Origin: Lingula anatina | Taxonomy: Eukaryota; Animalia; Brachiopoda | NCBI GenBank assembly: GCA_051362555.1 | Contig: CM120645.1 | Coordinates: 19,654,001-19,718,000 of the forward strand | Length of the DNA stretch: 64,000 bases | Reading direction: 5' to 3' | Shown here: piece by piece, positions 51,723 to 64,000 of the stretch | Numbering within the stretch: the first letter of the stretch is position 1 | Layout of the letters: the number at the start of each line of letters is the position of its first letter | Program-made: the position numbers and the translations under genes | Notes under the pieces: model-generated | Told to the model about the DNA's origin: nothing | The model's input: only the letters and a program-made list of their open reading frames with translations | Databases searched by the model: none

Positions 51723-53363
51723 TGAAATGGCTGGGTATAAACATGTACTTTTATGTCGTGTTTTCTGTGCACGTGGCTGACGGAACTGATGAAAGGTTTC
51801 TGGAACTGCGCAAATTTAGCAGCAGTGAACAAAAATTACAAACAGACTCGAAATACGGACACTGTTGTATACTTAATAACGGGGGGCGTCTTGATAGACT
51901 ATTGAACCTTCGGACTATCGCTACGGCCCCGGATAACGCGTTAACATAACTTTCCAGATTCGTGGTCAAAATATTTACGTGAAAATCGTTATGAGACAAT
52001 CCAACGCTGACAACAATAACCAGTTTCAATCATTTGATATTCGCTTGTTGTTTGCTCAGGTACATTAATATTCTGCCGATTTGTGAGGAATCCCACTCTT
52101 TAATATCAAACCATGACAAAGGATTCTTGACCTTTGGTTCTTAATCAGATTAATTGACAAGCTTATTTCCGCTCTTTAAGCTTTAAAACAAGGTATTATA
52201 AGGAATTACAGACTACAAACAAAGACATGAATTTACCGAAATCGCTGGTGAATTTTTACTGTTCCCTGACAGGGTTAAAGACCTGTGATACCATATATTA
52301 AGGAGCACCGTATATTTTACCAATAGCCATGATCGACTGTCTCCTTGATTTGTTTAAAAACGGAATAAATAAACCTTAATTCACATGAAACTACTTCAGA
52401 ATAACAGTAAATTCGTTTTAAAACACTTAACCTACTTATTTTAACTTATTCGTTTTTTTTTTCTTTTTTTTTTTTTTTTTGTGGTGGGGGGGGGGGGCGT
52501 TACGACAAACTACAGTAGTATGATTGTTTTACCTAAAAGTCGTTTAATAAGTGGTTTTTAGGTCAACTACCCGGTTCATTAACTAATCAAGGTGACAGGT
52601 GAGCGAGCCGATGTAATATGCACTCAGCACGGCCCGGGCAGGTGTTACGTCATCAGGTGCCGTTATCTGACTGATCGGGATAGTGGTTAGGTAGCGAAGT
52701 CCACTTTGCGGCTAATGAAGAAGTGGGCGGGAGCGTTACACTCACCGGGTGCGTCTCTTTTTATTATTAGTTGCACTGAAGTTAATATGTTGGATTTTAT
52801 TAATACTGTTACTAACGATTTGTAACTGGTTCGTTGGTCCAAGCTAATAAGCTGATTAAGAACCGATCGACAGTTCTATCCTCCACATATAACAGAAGAA
52901 AGGTTGAATCGATACTAGCATGCTTTGCACCACAGGTTTACTGCCTTGACCAATGCAAGGAGTTCGCGAGTTATCTTTGATTTGAGTGATTCGTATCTAT
53001 GTTTAGATTTCAGACCCTCCACAGTGACTTATTTTGTCATCAGTTGCGGTTATAGATCGTGTATATCGTGTCAGTATAAAACGTTTCAACTAGTGGTTTG
53101 TTCTTTTCAAGGATGTCGATGTTGGACATTTGGTGGCTTCCTGATTGGATCCTGCTGCTTGTCGTGATCGCAGTCTTGACCGTCCTATATTCCCGCTACT
53201 TCTCCGATAACAGAGTGAAGTATGGTGTACCGGGTCCAGATCGATGGCCTCTGTTAGGACACATGCCTCTTGGGATAAAACTTGGCTTCCTTGAGTTCTA
53301 CACGCATCTAAGCTATAAATACGGTAATTGGTTATTGCTACAGCGCTAGTCGTTTGCTATTCA

Positions 53364-53559
53364 GGCTGTATTCAGAACTGAAGTTGATACGTGGACTAAC
53401 AGATCAAATATGTTCGACCCACTTGAAAGCTTGCCGCGTATTGCCTGCGGTGAATCTATCCAGCGTCTATTAGGACAATGAGGCAAGCTTTCGAGTGTGT
53501 CGGCCATATTTGATCCGCGGATCTGTTAGTCCGCGGATCAACTTGTTCTGAACGCACCC
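53364..53559. mobile_element. Palindromic MITE in P450 copy 3 intron 1
   Basis: Inverted arms ttcagaac...ggactaacagatc...aaatatg / catattt...gatctgttagtcc...gttctgaa; imperfect 3-bp flanks. Confidence 0.6.
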
Positions 53560-53910
53560 TTAGTCTTCTTGGTACAAGATGCGCATCATTGCTTGTACGG
53601 ATTAAGATTCAGATTTACCTGATTTACTTTTCAAATTTCAAGATAAAGGCTATGTTCAGATAAAATCTTAAGTTATATGTCCAGCAGGATCGATCTGTCT
53701 CAGTGGAGTCTCGCTAAGGCGCAGTTAACGTAATCCGCTTAATTACCTGGCACGCCCACTCGTAACTCTCGTAGGGAAAACTTTGAGGTCCATGGTGTTG
53801 CTTTGCGAAGGGACGTGCCAGACAATTAAGCGGATTACATTGACTGCACCTAAAGAGAATCCCTTCTGAGATAGATCGACCCTGCTGGACTGATAGCTTT
53901 TAATCTATAA

Positions 53911-54170
53911 GGGACCATTCCCATCCCCTATCGTACTAACTTTAGATCGATTTATATCCAAGAGGATTCTCGCTAAATTGCTAACAGCTTAAGCGGCTTA
54001 GGTGTCTGCCACGCCTACTGAAGCTACTCGGGGGCAATTTATTATCGTTTAGCAGATGCAGTAGGCGTGCCAAACATCTAAGCCGCTTAAGCTGAAAGCA
54101 GTTTGGCGAGAAACCCATGGAGATGGATCGATCCTGTTAGATTCATCTAATTAAGTATGGGAATCCAGTC
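53911..54170. mobile_element. Harbinger-like MITE
   Basis: TAA flanks; gggaccattcccat...atgggaatccagtc termini; internal inverted cagcttaagcggcttag arms. Confidence 0.65.
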
Positions 54171-55160
54171 TAAGTGTAATTTTGAGGGGTTTATTTACAT
54201 ACCATGGTTATTTCATTTATCGTCAACAAATTTTGTGATAGAAATTGTACAAGTAAGACCTTAATTATTTGTGCTGTGATATTATTGATATGTTATCTGA
54301 TCTATCACAAGTTTCCCAATCCTGTAACAGTTAGAAGAATGTCAGAACTAAATTGATTATGACAGAATTAACACCAAGTTGTCGCAACTGAAACTTTTTT
54401 CTTTACTTAGGTAAGGTGGTTGCCTTGTCTCCAGGTAGCTTAGACGCAAGGATTGGAACACTTATTATATCCGACCTGGACATGATCAAAGAGATCTTGG
54501 TCAAGCAGGGGAGCATCTTCACTGACAGAAATGTTGATGAAAATACCCAGCTGAAACCTTTGAACAAAACGGTAGTTAGTTTGAAGGGCGACGAGTGGAA
54601 ACAAGTACGTAGCACGATGACGCCAACATTTAGCTCTGGGAAGTTGCGTCAAATGAATGGGTATATTGTGGATTGCGCAAAGACAACAGTGAAAAATCTT
54701 CAGGAAATTGCCAAAAAAGATGGAAGTTTTGATGCGGAGGAAATCTGGGGAGCCTTTGCAATGGATAGCATCTGCGCCACTGCTTTTGGAATCAAAGTTG
54801 ACTCCCAGAACAACCCTGAGGAACCCTTTGTTACCAAACCCTATTCTTCTGCTCTTTCTTTTTATTCCTCGCTTGATGGTGTGGTTTGAGCCTCTCCTTC
54901 CATATCTTGTTGGAAGTTTTATCAAGCCTATCCGTTTTTTTCAACATGCAACGGATGAACTTTATGATGAAAGCCAGAAGAGCAAAAATGAGAAGGCCAT
55001 TGATTTTATACACCTGATGCAGAAAGCCCATGAGCTTCACATGGATAATGATGAGCTGGCAGATGATGTGAAGGAGGTGGGGAAGTGGAAGAAGAGGGCC
55101 CTGACAAGGGATGAGATTGTGGCCAATGGAATAGTGTTTTTCTTGGCAGGTTGGTGAAAT

Positions 55161-55299
55161 CTACCCTGAGTGTCAGAGCAACGTAAAAGCTAGCTTGCTA
55201 AATATACCTTGTGGTGGAGTCGCTTTTACTATTGCTACTATGGGTTATATATGAAATCAAGATCAAGCTGGCAATACCGGAATCTAGAACCTAGGGTAG
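55161..55299. mobile_element. 139-bp TIR element with 6-bp TSD
   Basis: ctaccct...agggtag termini, tgaaat duplicated; the empty site is visible in P450 copy 2 intron 2. Confidence 0.75.
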
Positions 55300-57614
55300 T
55301 GAAATCAGATTATTCATAGAACATAGAAGACTTTATGTATATGAAGAGATCGAAGTGTTCAAAGATGTCAATTGAGGCAAATAATTGTGTTAGTTCAGTC
55401 AAGAAAATATATGGTGTACTGCCAGCTTCTAAAAATGCTCTGTTATTTTCTTCCAGGATTCCGTAACACAACGGAAACGCTGAGTTTCATGTGCTACAAC
55501 TTGGCCATCTACCCTGAAATCCAAGAGAGACTGCAGAAGGAGATAGATGACACTCTCCAGGGAACAGACCCCAGCTACGACAACGTGGCCTCTCTGCAGT
55601 ACCTGGACCAGGTGATGTCTGAAACCTTGAGAATGTACCCTCTTGGCTTTGTGTTGGACCGCGTCCCAAATCGGGACACCACAGTGAAAGGTATGTTAAT
55701 CCCCAAAGGGACCTGTGTTATCGTTCCCGTCTACGCCATTCACCATGACCCAGAGCTTTACCCCAACCCAGAGAAGTTTGACCCGGAGAGATTCACCCCA
55801 GAGGCCAAGGCAAACAGGAATCCGTACAGTTACCTGCCTTTTGGAATGGGACCACGGAATTGCATTGGTATGCGCCTGGCGCTGCTTCAGATGAAAGTGG
55901 CGATGGCAAAGTTGCTCCAGAACCTCACTTTTAAAACTTGTGAGAAGACCCAGATACCGATGAAGTTCATGAAAAGTCGCCCAATGAAACCCGAAAAAGG
56001 AATCTGGCTCAAGGTTGAGGAAAGATGCCCTTGAGTGTTGGGCACTTGTGAAGCTGCAGTACTCTTTTAATGATCAATTTTGTAACGATGGAGGCGGGTT
56101 TAATGTTCATTCATGTTATGTTATACCATGGAAGTTTTTGATCTATCAGTTTTTTTGTTATATTCTCAATTTGTAATATTTTAATTTTATACTTAAAAGT
56201 TTTTGCAGGTAATTTCTGTATTCTTAATTGATGCAAACCTAAATTTTAAGTGATCTGTGATTCTATCATTTTTTGATATTTTTTCTTTTTTTCAAAATAT
56301 ATTGCCAATCCAAAACCCGGCCCCGATTAAAAAAAAATCTATGTCAGGTTCCCTGGCTAAGAACTTAATCACCAAGGTTACATCGTCACATCTTACCCTA
56401 TCAGGAGCAGAGTAACATCACTCTCATGGAAATCCTAGTCAACTAAGCCAGGGAGCTGACTTAATTTTTTTTTTGTGAAACTGGGGCCAAAGAAACTCAT
56501 TCAAGTCAAAGACCTTATTCCCATACCTAGATCGATCTAGCGGGATCGGTCCATCTCCGAGGGGATTCCCGCTAAATTGCACTCAGATTGAGCGGCTTAG
56601 ATGTCTTGTAGTGATTCAATTATGGCAAAATATATATGACGTATGGATGTTTTGATAAATATTTAAACTGTAACTCAAGATCAGCAAAAAATATGAATAA
56701 TTATGGAATGGTATTAGACGAAACGTGTTGCAAAATGTATTAATTTGCGCTATAACTCTTGAAATTTGTAGGTAAGGAAAAACTTTTTTACAGGACAAAT
56801 AAAGGTGTTAAAAATTCTCGTTCTTGCTTCATAATTGTCAACCAGTGCTGTCGCACTTTCTTTGCTCCTGCACCTCAAGGTATGGTACTACCACTGCAAG
56901 GTCTTGACATTTAAACAGAAACTGGCATCACAAAATAAGTTTTGCCGGGGAATCGGTTTCTACATCAATACATCTTTGGTTGTCAGTTTCATAACAAGGT
57001 AAATGTTGGTCTAAACCAAGCCGTCTTTCTTGTAATAAGACGGGTGCAATGTCATTAACCAAATAAAAAGTGGATTTGAGACTATTTTTTCACTGAAAAG
57101 CATATAAACTGCTAATTGTTGAATTAAGGGCAAGTCATACTTTTTGATCATTTTTAATTTATGAATTGTTGTCATGAATTAAAATCACCGAAATTAATCC
57201 ACCACCTCCTGGTGCTCCTCAACACCCACATATCATCTCCACGGTTTTGCAATCGCGAACTACTCAGAATTAAGTGCTCTGACGTTTGAAAAACATAAAA
57301 GCAGTTTAAAGACTTCTAAATCCCCCTTCCCCCCTCCCCCCCAAGATTTTGAATCACCAGCACACGCAGTCACTTCAATCTTGATCATTTTGAAACACCA
57401 ACTACTTTCTCCTTAGTACAATTTATTTTATTTTACTTCATTTTGATGTAGAATTTCACATGATGTAACATGAAATACCCAAACGAACGTTTCTCAACAG
57501 TCTATTCAGCCTTGCATATCTGTTCCACTTGTGAAGATTTTTACTGATAATTGTTCACTTCACAAACTCCTTGCTGCTGGCAATTTATTTGCTTCTTATC
57601 CCATCGTAACAGCT

Positions 57615-59413
57615 TTACTTTTTAGGCCTGTTGATCTGTGATGCAATTCTATCCAGATCTCTGCGTCCTTGGCTTGATAACCTGCGACCACTAAAATATA
57701 AATGAAGAAATTGAAAAGCTGAGCCTCACAAGAAGCTAAAAATATGTTAATAAGGGTCTTAATACAAGTTTGTTTATAGAACAAATTGATACCACTTTGC
57801 CCTGAAAACTCCCCAAATGTTACATATACCTCAGTATTGGTATTGTACCAATGCGATTATAAGTAAATAATCTTTGAGAATTCACACCTTCATCTTCCAC
57901 ATTAAAGTAGCCAGGAAATTAGAAATATGCGATCATTTTAACATCAGCTTTCACAGGGGAATTGAAGTCCATATCTACCCCACCGCTCAGTAAGCACGTC
58001 CCTATTCTGATCCCATTCTACCAAAAACTCCACTGGTCATGGAGCACCTCCCCATTCTGATCCTCACACTACTTCATGACTCGACTTTACACCTACCCAT
58101 TCTGATCCTCACACTACTTTATGACTCACTATACACCTACCCATTCTGATCCTGCTCTACAATCTTGAGTCCTTCTAGCGCCTGAAGGCATTTTCTGGCT
58201 ACGGAGGCACTGCCTCTACACCAGTGACTTGGGGCTGTGCCATTATTCTTGCGAGCTGAAGAACATAAATAAATAACCATGTATTAAAGGCTGCGACAAC
58301 AGCTGGGAGCTTGGAAACTGATCAACTACAGTAAATATATTAATTAAATGGATCAAAATGGCACACGTTGTTCTTACTTAGCACCTTGTGGATGTCAAAG
58401 TCATAGTTTGCAATTATTGTGTTTGGTAATCAAGCAACAGTTTTATTAGAGAAAGTTCCTTGATTTCACAATTAACTTCTTTTAACAAAATTATGAAGCT
58501 GAAGAATAAGGCTTCGTTCACATGCAATGTCTATTTTCTAATTTCTATTTTCTATTTGCGCTATCTTATGCTCACGGTCTGTGCCCTGAATATCCCGCCG
58601 CGTAATTACTGGCAGCGCGAGCCAGTTACTTATAGTAACTTAAAGTAACGGGCTTGCGCTGCCAGTAATTACGCCGCGGGATATTCAGGCCACAGACCGT
58701 GATCATAAGACATACCGCAAATAGAAAATAGAATTTAGAAAATAGACATTGCATGTGAACGAAGGCTAAGTGAATAACAGAACTACTAACCTCCGTAGAC
58801 TTTAGTGAGGGTTCCCACACCAACTGGGGCTCTGACGTACAAGTGACGGGCAATGGAAGCTGAAACACCATGAAATTTATTAACAGTTATAGGCCTACAA
58901 TGCTAAAAGATGCATTTAAGTAAATACCAAAGTTTTGGCCACAAAACCCTACCTAACACTACCATTTAGTTTCAAATAGTATTATTAAGAGAGGAATACC
59001 AAAGAACATTGTTTTATATACTTGGAAAAATGATACTTGAACAGATATTTTCTACTTTCTTTCTGTGCTATAAATATAACTCGGCAGCCTCATTTGAAAA
59101 GTATGCAATTGCATGCGCAGCTATACATCTATAGGAGTGATGAGTATGCAATGTGTGCACAGTACTACTTTATTTAGTATGCTTTTATGTACTGGAGGGA
59201 TAGATAAATACTAAAAATTTGAAGAAGGTGCAGTTTTGAAGCTACTTTTTTTGCTGAACGAGAAATTGATTTGGCTTATAACATGGCATGTCAACTTTAT
59301 TTTAGTGTTATAATAAACTAGTAGAAGTGGTTCATGTGAGTAACTGGAAATGAATTTAAAAATCTGTTTTATAACTTTACATCTTTTGAAGTATGCATTC
59401 TTTTATATTCTTT

Positions 59414-59457
<44 letters not shown>

Positions 59458-62400
59458 GTGAGTGAGTGTACTGACCACATCTAATGTAGAACCAGTCATC
59501 ATCATATGGGCTCAGTTCATTGAAACGAGCAAGTTTGACCAGGTCTGTCCACTCAGGTACCTTCAACTTGCCTGACCTACAAAGTAAAAGAAAGAAATGC
59601 TAGCACACTGTTACAGCATTAGATTACCACGGGTTTCATTTGAACTATTCTGATTCTATTAGGCCAGTACTTTTTTAATGTCACATAACCAACGAAGCTT
59701 CATGACCATTATTCTATCATAGTCAGAAAGGTTTCATTTATGATAGATCCTGAAATTTGATTTACCTGTTGACTGTACCATGTGTATGATGACATTCTCA
59801 AACCCACCCTGGGGGGAGGGGGCGAGAGGGACTAACAAGTCATTATCAAGACTGAGATAATTACCTGTTCACCTTCATCTGAACAGGTAATTCAGTTGTG
59901 ACCAAGTCCGTCAGAGTGAACAGATGAAACAGTCAACAGGTAAATCAAATTTCAGGATCTATCATAAATGGAACCTTTCTGACTATCAAAACTAAGATCC
60001 AATGAAACTGTTTTCACTTTATTCTATCCATTTGAATGTGAATTTTATTAGGACTGACACACAAACAACACTTTTCAAACTTGCAGACCTACTCAAATTT
60101 GTGTCCCACTGCATGTGTCAAACGTACCCAGAGTGCCAACACATTATCCATGATAACACGCTGTGATAGCAATGATGTTGTTTAACATACCAGTCTGCGA
60201 CGTTAAGCACTAGCCCGAGGCAATTGCCCACCTAAAGTGGCACCGGGCTAGTAAAAAAGTTAAAATTTTATAAAGCACTAGCCCGAACGGGCTAGTTGTA
60301 ATTTTGAACCTATTTTAACACTCAGTAAGATTTCAAAAATATAAGTTGCCAGTCTTCTTTGTCCCTGCCTCTAATTTGAAGTTTCTAGATAGTATGATAT
60401 GCCTCTCAGTTGAAAAATCTCACACCTAGCTCTAACTACTGAATATTGATTAGTTGCTATAAATAACTTCACTGTAGTTATTTATAGCAGCAGTCTGTCT
60501 GATCAGCGTGTCGGCATCTTTTTATTTGACCAGTTTGTTGTCATGACTACAAATTGCTGTCAATCAAGAAACTGGATCAGACCGGCATTCCTTAGTACTA
60601 GCGACAGGTTTTGTCAAAACAACACCGTCTCCGAAGCAAGTGTTATCTCATAGAACATTTAGGTTAGGACCACTTAGCAGACTGAGGGGTGGAGTATTCT
60701 ATTTCCTTTTTTCTTCATATTTTTTATTTATAATTTTAATATCCATGAGTAAATACATTTTCCTTTGCTTATTGCCTTTTAAAAACAATAAGACCCTGGC
60801 AGTTACATAAATTCACTTGCTCTACTTCTATAATAAGGTTTATAATGAAGTACAGTATGGTACCACAACTCTTTACAACATCTGCTTAAACTTTTTAAAT
60901 GATTATTTAAATTGGGCTAGTGTTTTTTGGTTCGGGCTAGTAAAGTTTGAGAGTCTGCTAGCCCGAAGGACTAGTAGTCTAAAAAGTTTTTGGCACAGAC
61001 TGACATACATGTACACCCTAACTCGAGTTAGCAGGGACAGAATAAACAGCATAGTCTGTCAATGTGTTTGTCAGTTTCTTTAAACACCATATCACCACAA
61101 CATCAACTATGTGAATACCGAATTCACATTCAAACTACAATTTGTACAGTTCATAGAAAGAATAATTTAACTAAATTATAATTGGCAATGTTAATTTTTT
61201 CATCAAAATGTGTCTTTTGTATTCTATATCAGTGTTTGACCTTCGTTTGAAATAGTACAGGCCAATTTGGCCAGTGTGCTCTGAAAGTTACTGGCCAAAC
61301 CGAAAATGCACAAGCCAGACTTTGGCCAGCTTTATTACGAAGTTACTGGCCAAAAATTCAAAGTGCAGGCCATGTGGTAATGACTCATGATGGAGATGTT
61401 ATCATAAGCAAATAAAGAAAAAAAATTTAAAACCTTTTTTAAACCTAGAACTGTGTTTATTCTTTAGTCTACAGATTTCGCACATTCTAATCTAAATTAA
61501 ACATAAACTATATGCATATTTATTTACCCCACTTTACCTAGAGATACTTTGATTAGATTTTTAATAAAATTTTCTGTACTTATATTTCTAAAATTTTCTG
61601 AACTTGTACTCCGTGAACATAATTTGTTTAATGAAATTTATATTTTGTATCTTTAAGTTGCATCATCACACCAAGAAATATTCATACAATAGATGCAAGG
61701 ATTTAAGCTTCATGCTCTTTACTATATATTTGTACATAAATATATATTCTTTGGGGGGAATCGGCCGGGGTGAAATTGTCCTGATACCGATGAAGAGATA
61801 AAAGTCAGTATAAAGATCAATTTTGTCTTAAAAACTGCTCCACATCCTTCTCAGTCATTTCATTGTCTTCATCTGAATCACTATAACTGTCATCAAACCC
61901 CTCATCACTGTCACTGCATCCCTTTTTTCAATTCTTGGTGTTTTTGGTTTGGTACCTGCAATTTTTAAGTGTCAAGTTTATTAAAGACTGCCAACACAAT
62001 CACTGAGTCAGACATAATCAATTACTGGTACATGTGAAAAAGAGCTAAACATTTAACAACGTTAAAATCAACAATTGGGACAAACAAGTAGACCGTTCAG
62101 ATATGGGGTCTTAATAAATATATATAAAGAAATACTCGTTTCAAAATAAATATTAAAATGAGGTTAAATTAAGCACTATCATTATTAGAGAACTTGTGAT
62201 ATTCAGGGTGAACTCCGTAAGTCGCACTGACGGAGATGCAGTCGGTGAACTGCTGAAAACCTAACGAGATTGTTAAAAGATTCAATTGTATCCGAGTTGA
62301 AATAAAATTCATTATTTTGTATTATTTGTATAGTATTGCACTGTACTGTAATAGCGTGCGCTATGTAATTCAATTTCTCTTACCCTACACACGTTGCACG

Positions 62401-63160
62401 TCGCACGCATTTAACCCCCTCCCCCCCTTTTTTCTTTTTTTGTTCCGCTCAGGAAAAAAAATCAGAAAACGTCAAAAACATGCGTTGGGTCAAAGAGCTC
62501 AGACTATTAGTTCGTTTCTGCTTTGATTTTGTTTACTTACCACTTGAAGTTGAAGCCGATTCTGCTCTCACTCTCAGTCTCTTCTACTTGGCGTTTTGAA
62601 ATTTTTAAAAACTTTTCCATGCAGCTTGATGATCCACGTGCATCACGTTTTCTCCCGGAAGCGTCAACTGCGCAAAATCGCAAGACGCAAGTGAAACGAA
62701 ACAGACAGCATTTCCTATACTTCGTCAAAATCCGGCGCGCAAACGAAGGCTAGATGCTTTCAAAAACGACAGCGAGACTGTGAATACGTCATTACGGAAT
62801 TCCCCACTTTCAAGCAATCACGATTATGAGAGTGAAAACGAGGTTAGCAGTAAGGGTAATCCCATGAACTTCCCTGTAATTTTTGGCATACGAGTCGGAC
62901 TTAAATTGAGTCTAAATTTTGCCGATAAACTTGATACAGTAAGTTGACATAAATCGCCAAAATGGCGACTTGCACCATCATTTTCACTCGCCAGATTTAA
63001 TTTTAACTCGCATTGGCGAGCTGGCGAGTGCGAGTGTCAAACGCTGTATATTATTTATTCTAACCAATTCCTCAAATTCATTCACTTACTTCTTCAGGAA
63101 GGCGCCCAAGGCTTTTGTAAATTTATGCTGATCCACGTCCTTGACGCTTACACCTGGCAT
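57615..63160 (-). CDS. RPS19: 40S ribosomal protein S19 (eS19)
   Basis: Exons 63160-63090, 59576-59476, 58859-58791, 58255-58141 and 57690-57615: [12 protein letters not shown]...[14 protein letters not shown]...ASIARHLY...[16 protein letters not shown]. Confidence 0.97.
58001..58153. repeat. ~44-bp tandem repeat copying an RPS19 exon end and splice donor
   Basis: ccattctgatcct occurs at 58141, 58097 and 58053, with a degenerate copy near 58003. Confidence 0.85.
58510..58766. mobile_element. Palindromic Harbinger-like MITE, second copy
   Basis: Matches 31364-31621; TAA flanks. Confidence 0.88.
59720..59985. mobile_element. Academ-like MITE
   Basis: ~57-bp TIRs with TAG...CTA termini and a 3-bp TSD (tca). 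Confidence 0.7.
60191..61002. mobile_element. hAT-like non-autonomous element with apparent 6-bp TSD
   Basis: cagtctg...cagactg termini, repeated subterminal ctagccc/gggctag motifs at both ends, acatac on both flanks. Confidence 0.65.
61230..63046 (-). mobile_element. hAT-like internally deleted element with apparent 5-bp TSD
   Basis: cagtgtttgac/gtcaaacgctg termini, tatat on both flanks, subterminal tggcc and ggcga repeats. Remnant coding pieces are MEKFLK... (62620-62541) and an acidic tail SDSDEGFDD...RQN* (~61920-61817). Confidence 0.5.
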
Positions 63161-63639
63161 CTGGAATTATATTATAAATTATAACATTGAAGTAAAGCAC
63201 AGGCAAATAAACGTGAGAGAAATTGCCTTCTCATCAACCCTCCTCCCCACACAGACATTACTGTTATCACTTCTATGAAAGCAGGTTTGTCTAGGTCACA
63301 CAGACTGTGTTCATCAATGGATTCTAAGCCCTATACCCTACACGTTTAATCAATGGTATTTTATTCTGTTATATTCAAGGCGTTACTAGATTTTTTTCTT
63401 GTCGATTATATGGACTGACAACAATTTTGACATCCACTTGTTTCTGTGTAAATTCAATCCTAAAGTACTTCTGCTGTACTTGGCCAAATATCCGTATTTC
63501 AAACAAATATTGGACAAATTGGGGTTTACATTATATACATATATACAGATGTCTACAATAAATATATGTTTGCGTAAATCTGTCCATTCAGTGAGTATAT
63601 ATAAGGCAAAAAAATCTCAGAATTTTCGTTTTGTTGTAC

Positions 63640-63667
63640 CTTGCTAATGTGCACAGGAAAAAAGAGG
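63640..63667 (-). promoter_or_regulatory. RPS19: RPS19 non-coding exon 1 with TCT initiator / 5'TOP tract
   Basis: The minus strand reads CCTCTTTTTTCCTGTGC...CAAG|gtac, and the ATG lies at the very start of the next exon (ccag|ATG). An Ets-like ggaagt lies just upstream. Confidence 0.8.
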
Positions 63668-64000
63668 TCAAGTAAGGGGCTTCACTTCCTGTCCACGGTG
63701 TACCGTGAAACTAGGCCATGCTAGTAGATGGCGCTGCAAGACAAACCGATTTGAAAACTTGAGGGGAACTATTTCAAATAGTTTTATTGGCTTTTAAAGA
63801 AAATTACAGTCATAATACGGTTAATTGGTTATATTTTGCTTGTTTATTCGACAACAGAACCATGCAAAGCCCTGCACTGACTCATGGTCTATTGGCGAAT
63901 CGGGTTTGTACCTGTCATTTGCTCCGTGTCTATTGTTTACTCATCGCCAAGGCTGCAAAGCAACAACAATAAAAAGGAACAATTTTAAAACTCGCGTCAA

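Larger units (their letters stand above)
53113..56034 (+). pseudogene. Cytochrome P450 copy 3, frameshifted
   Basis: Exons 53113-53323, 54411-55149 (739 nt vs 771) and 55457-56034. A 32-nt deletion at ~54836 leads to a stop at 54887-54889. Confidence 0.85.

Noticed and set aside
58001-58153. CRISPR-like repeat-spacer array
   Set aside because: The intervening sequences are themselves repeated, the context is a eukaryotic intron, and there are no cas genes.

Overview
This is AT-rich, intron-containing animal genomic DNA, probably from an invertebrate; it is not prokaryotic. From left to right it holds: (1) a tandem array (1 to ~23.4 kb, running off the left edge; period ~7.73 kb, third unit expanded by insertions). 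Each unit pairs a 10-exon minus-strand atypical Ser/Thr-type kinase (HFD/DLG/TPE motifs) with only the last three plus-strand exons of a PhyH-family Fe(II)/2OG dioxygenase. Kinase copy 2 carries a split-codon nonsense change. (2) Aminoacylase-1 (minus strand) with an apparent pair of mutually exclusive active-site exons. (3) Three tandem clan-3-like cytochrome P450 genes whose I-helix acid-alcohol pair is replaced by Arg-Thr or Arg-Asn; the third is frameshifted. A fourth, inverted kinase copy lies between P450 1 and 2. (4) RPS19 (minus strand) with a TCT/TOP start. Many non-autonomous DNA transposons are present, including an 8-bp-TSD family carrying a RecQ-helicase fragment. All gene models were assembled by eye from GT-AG sites and frame arithmetic; no database searches were run.
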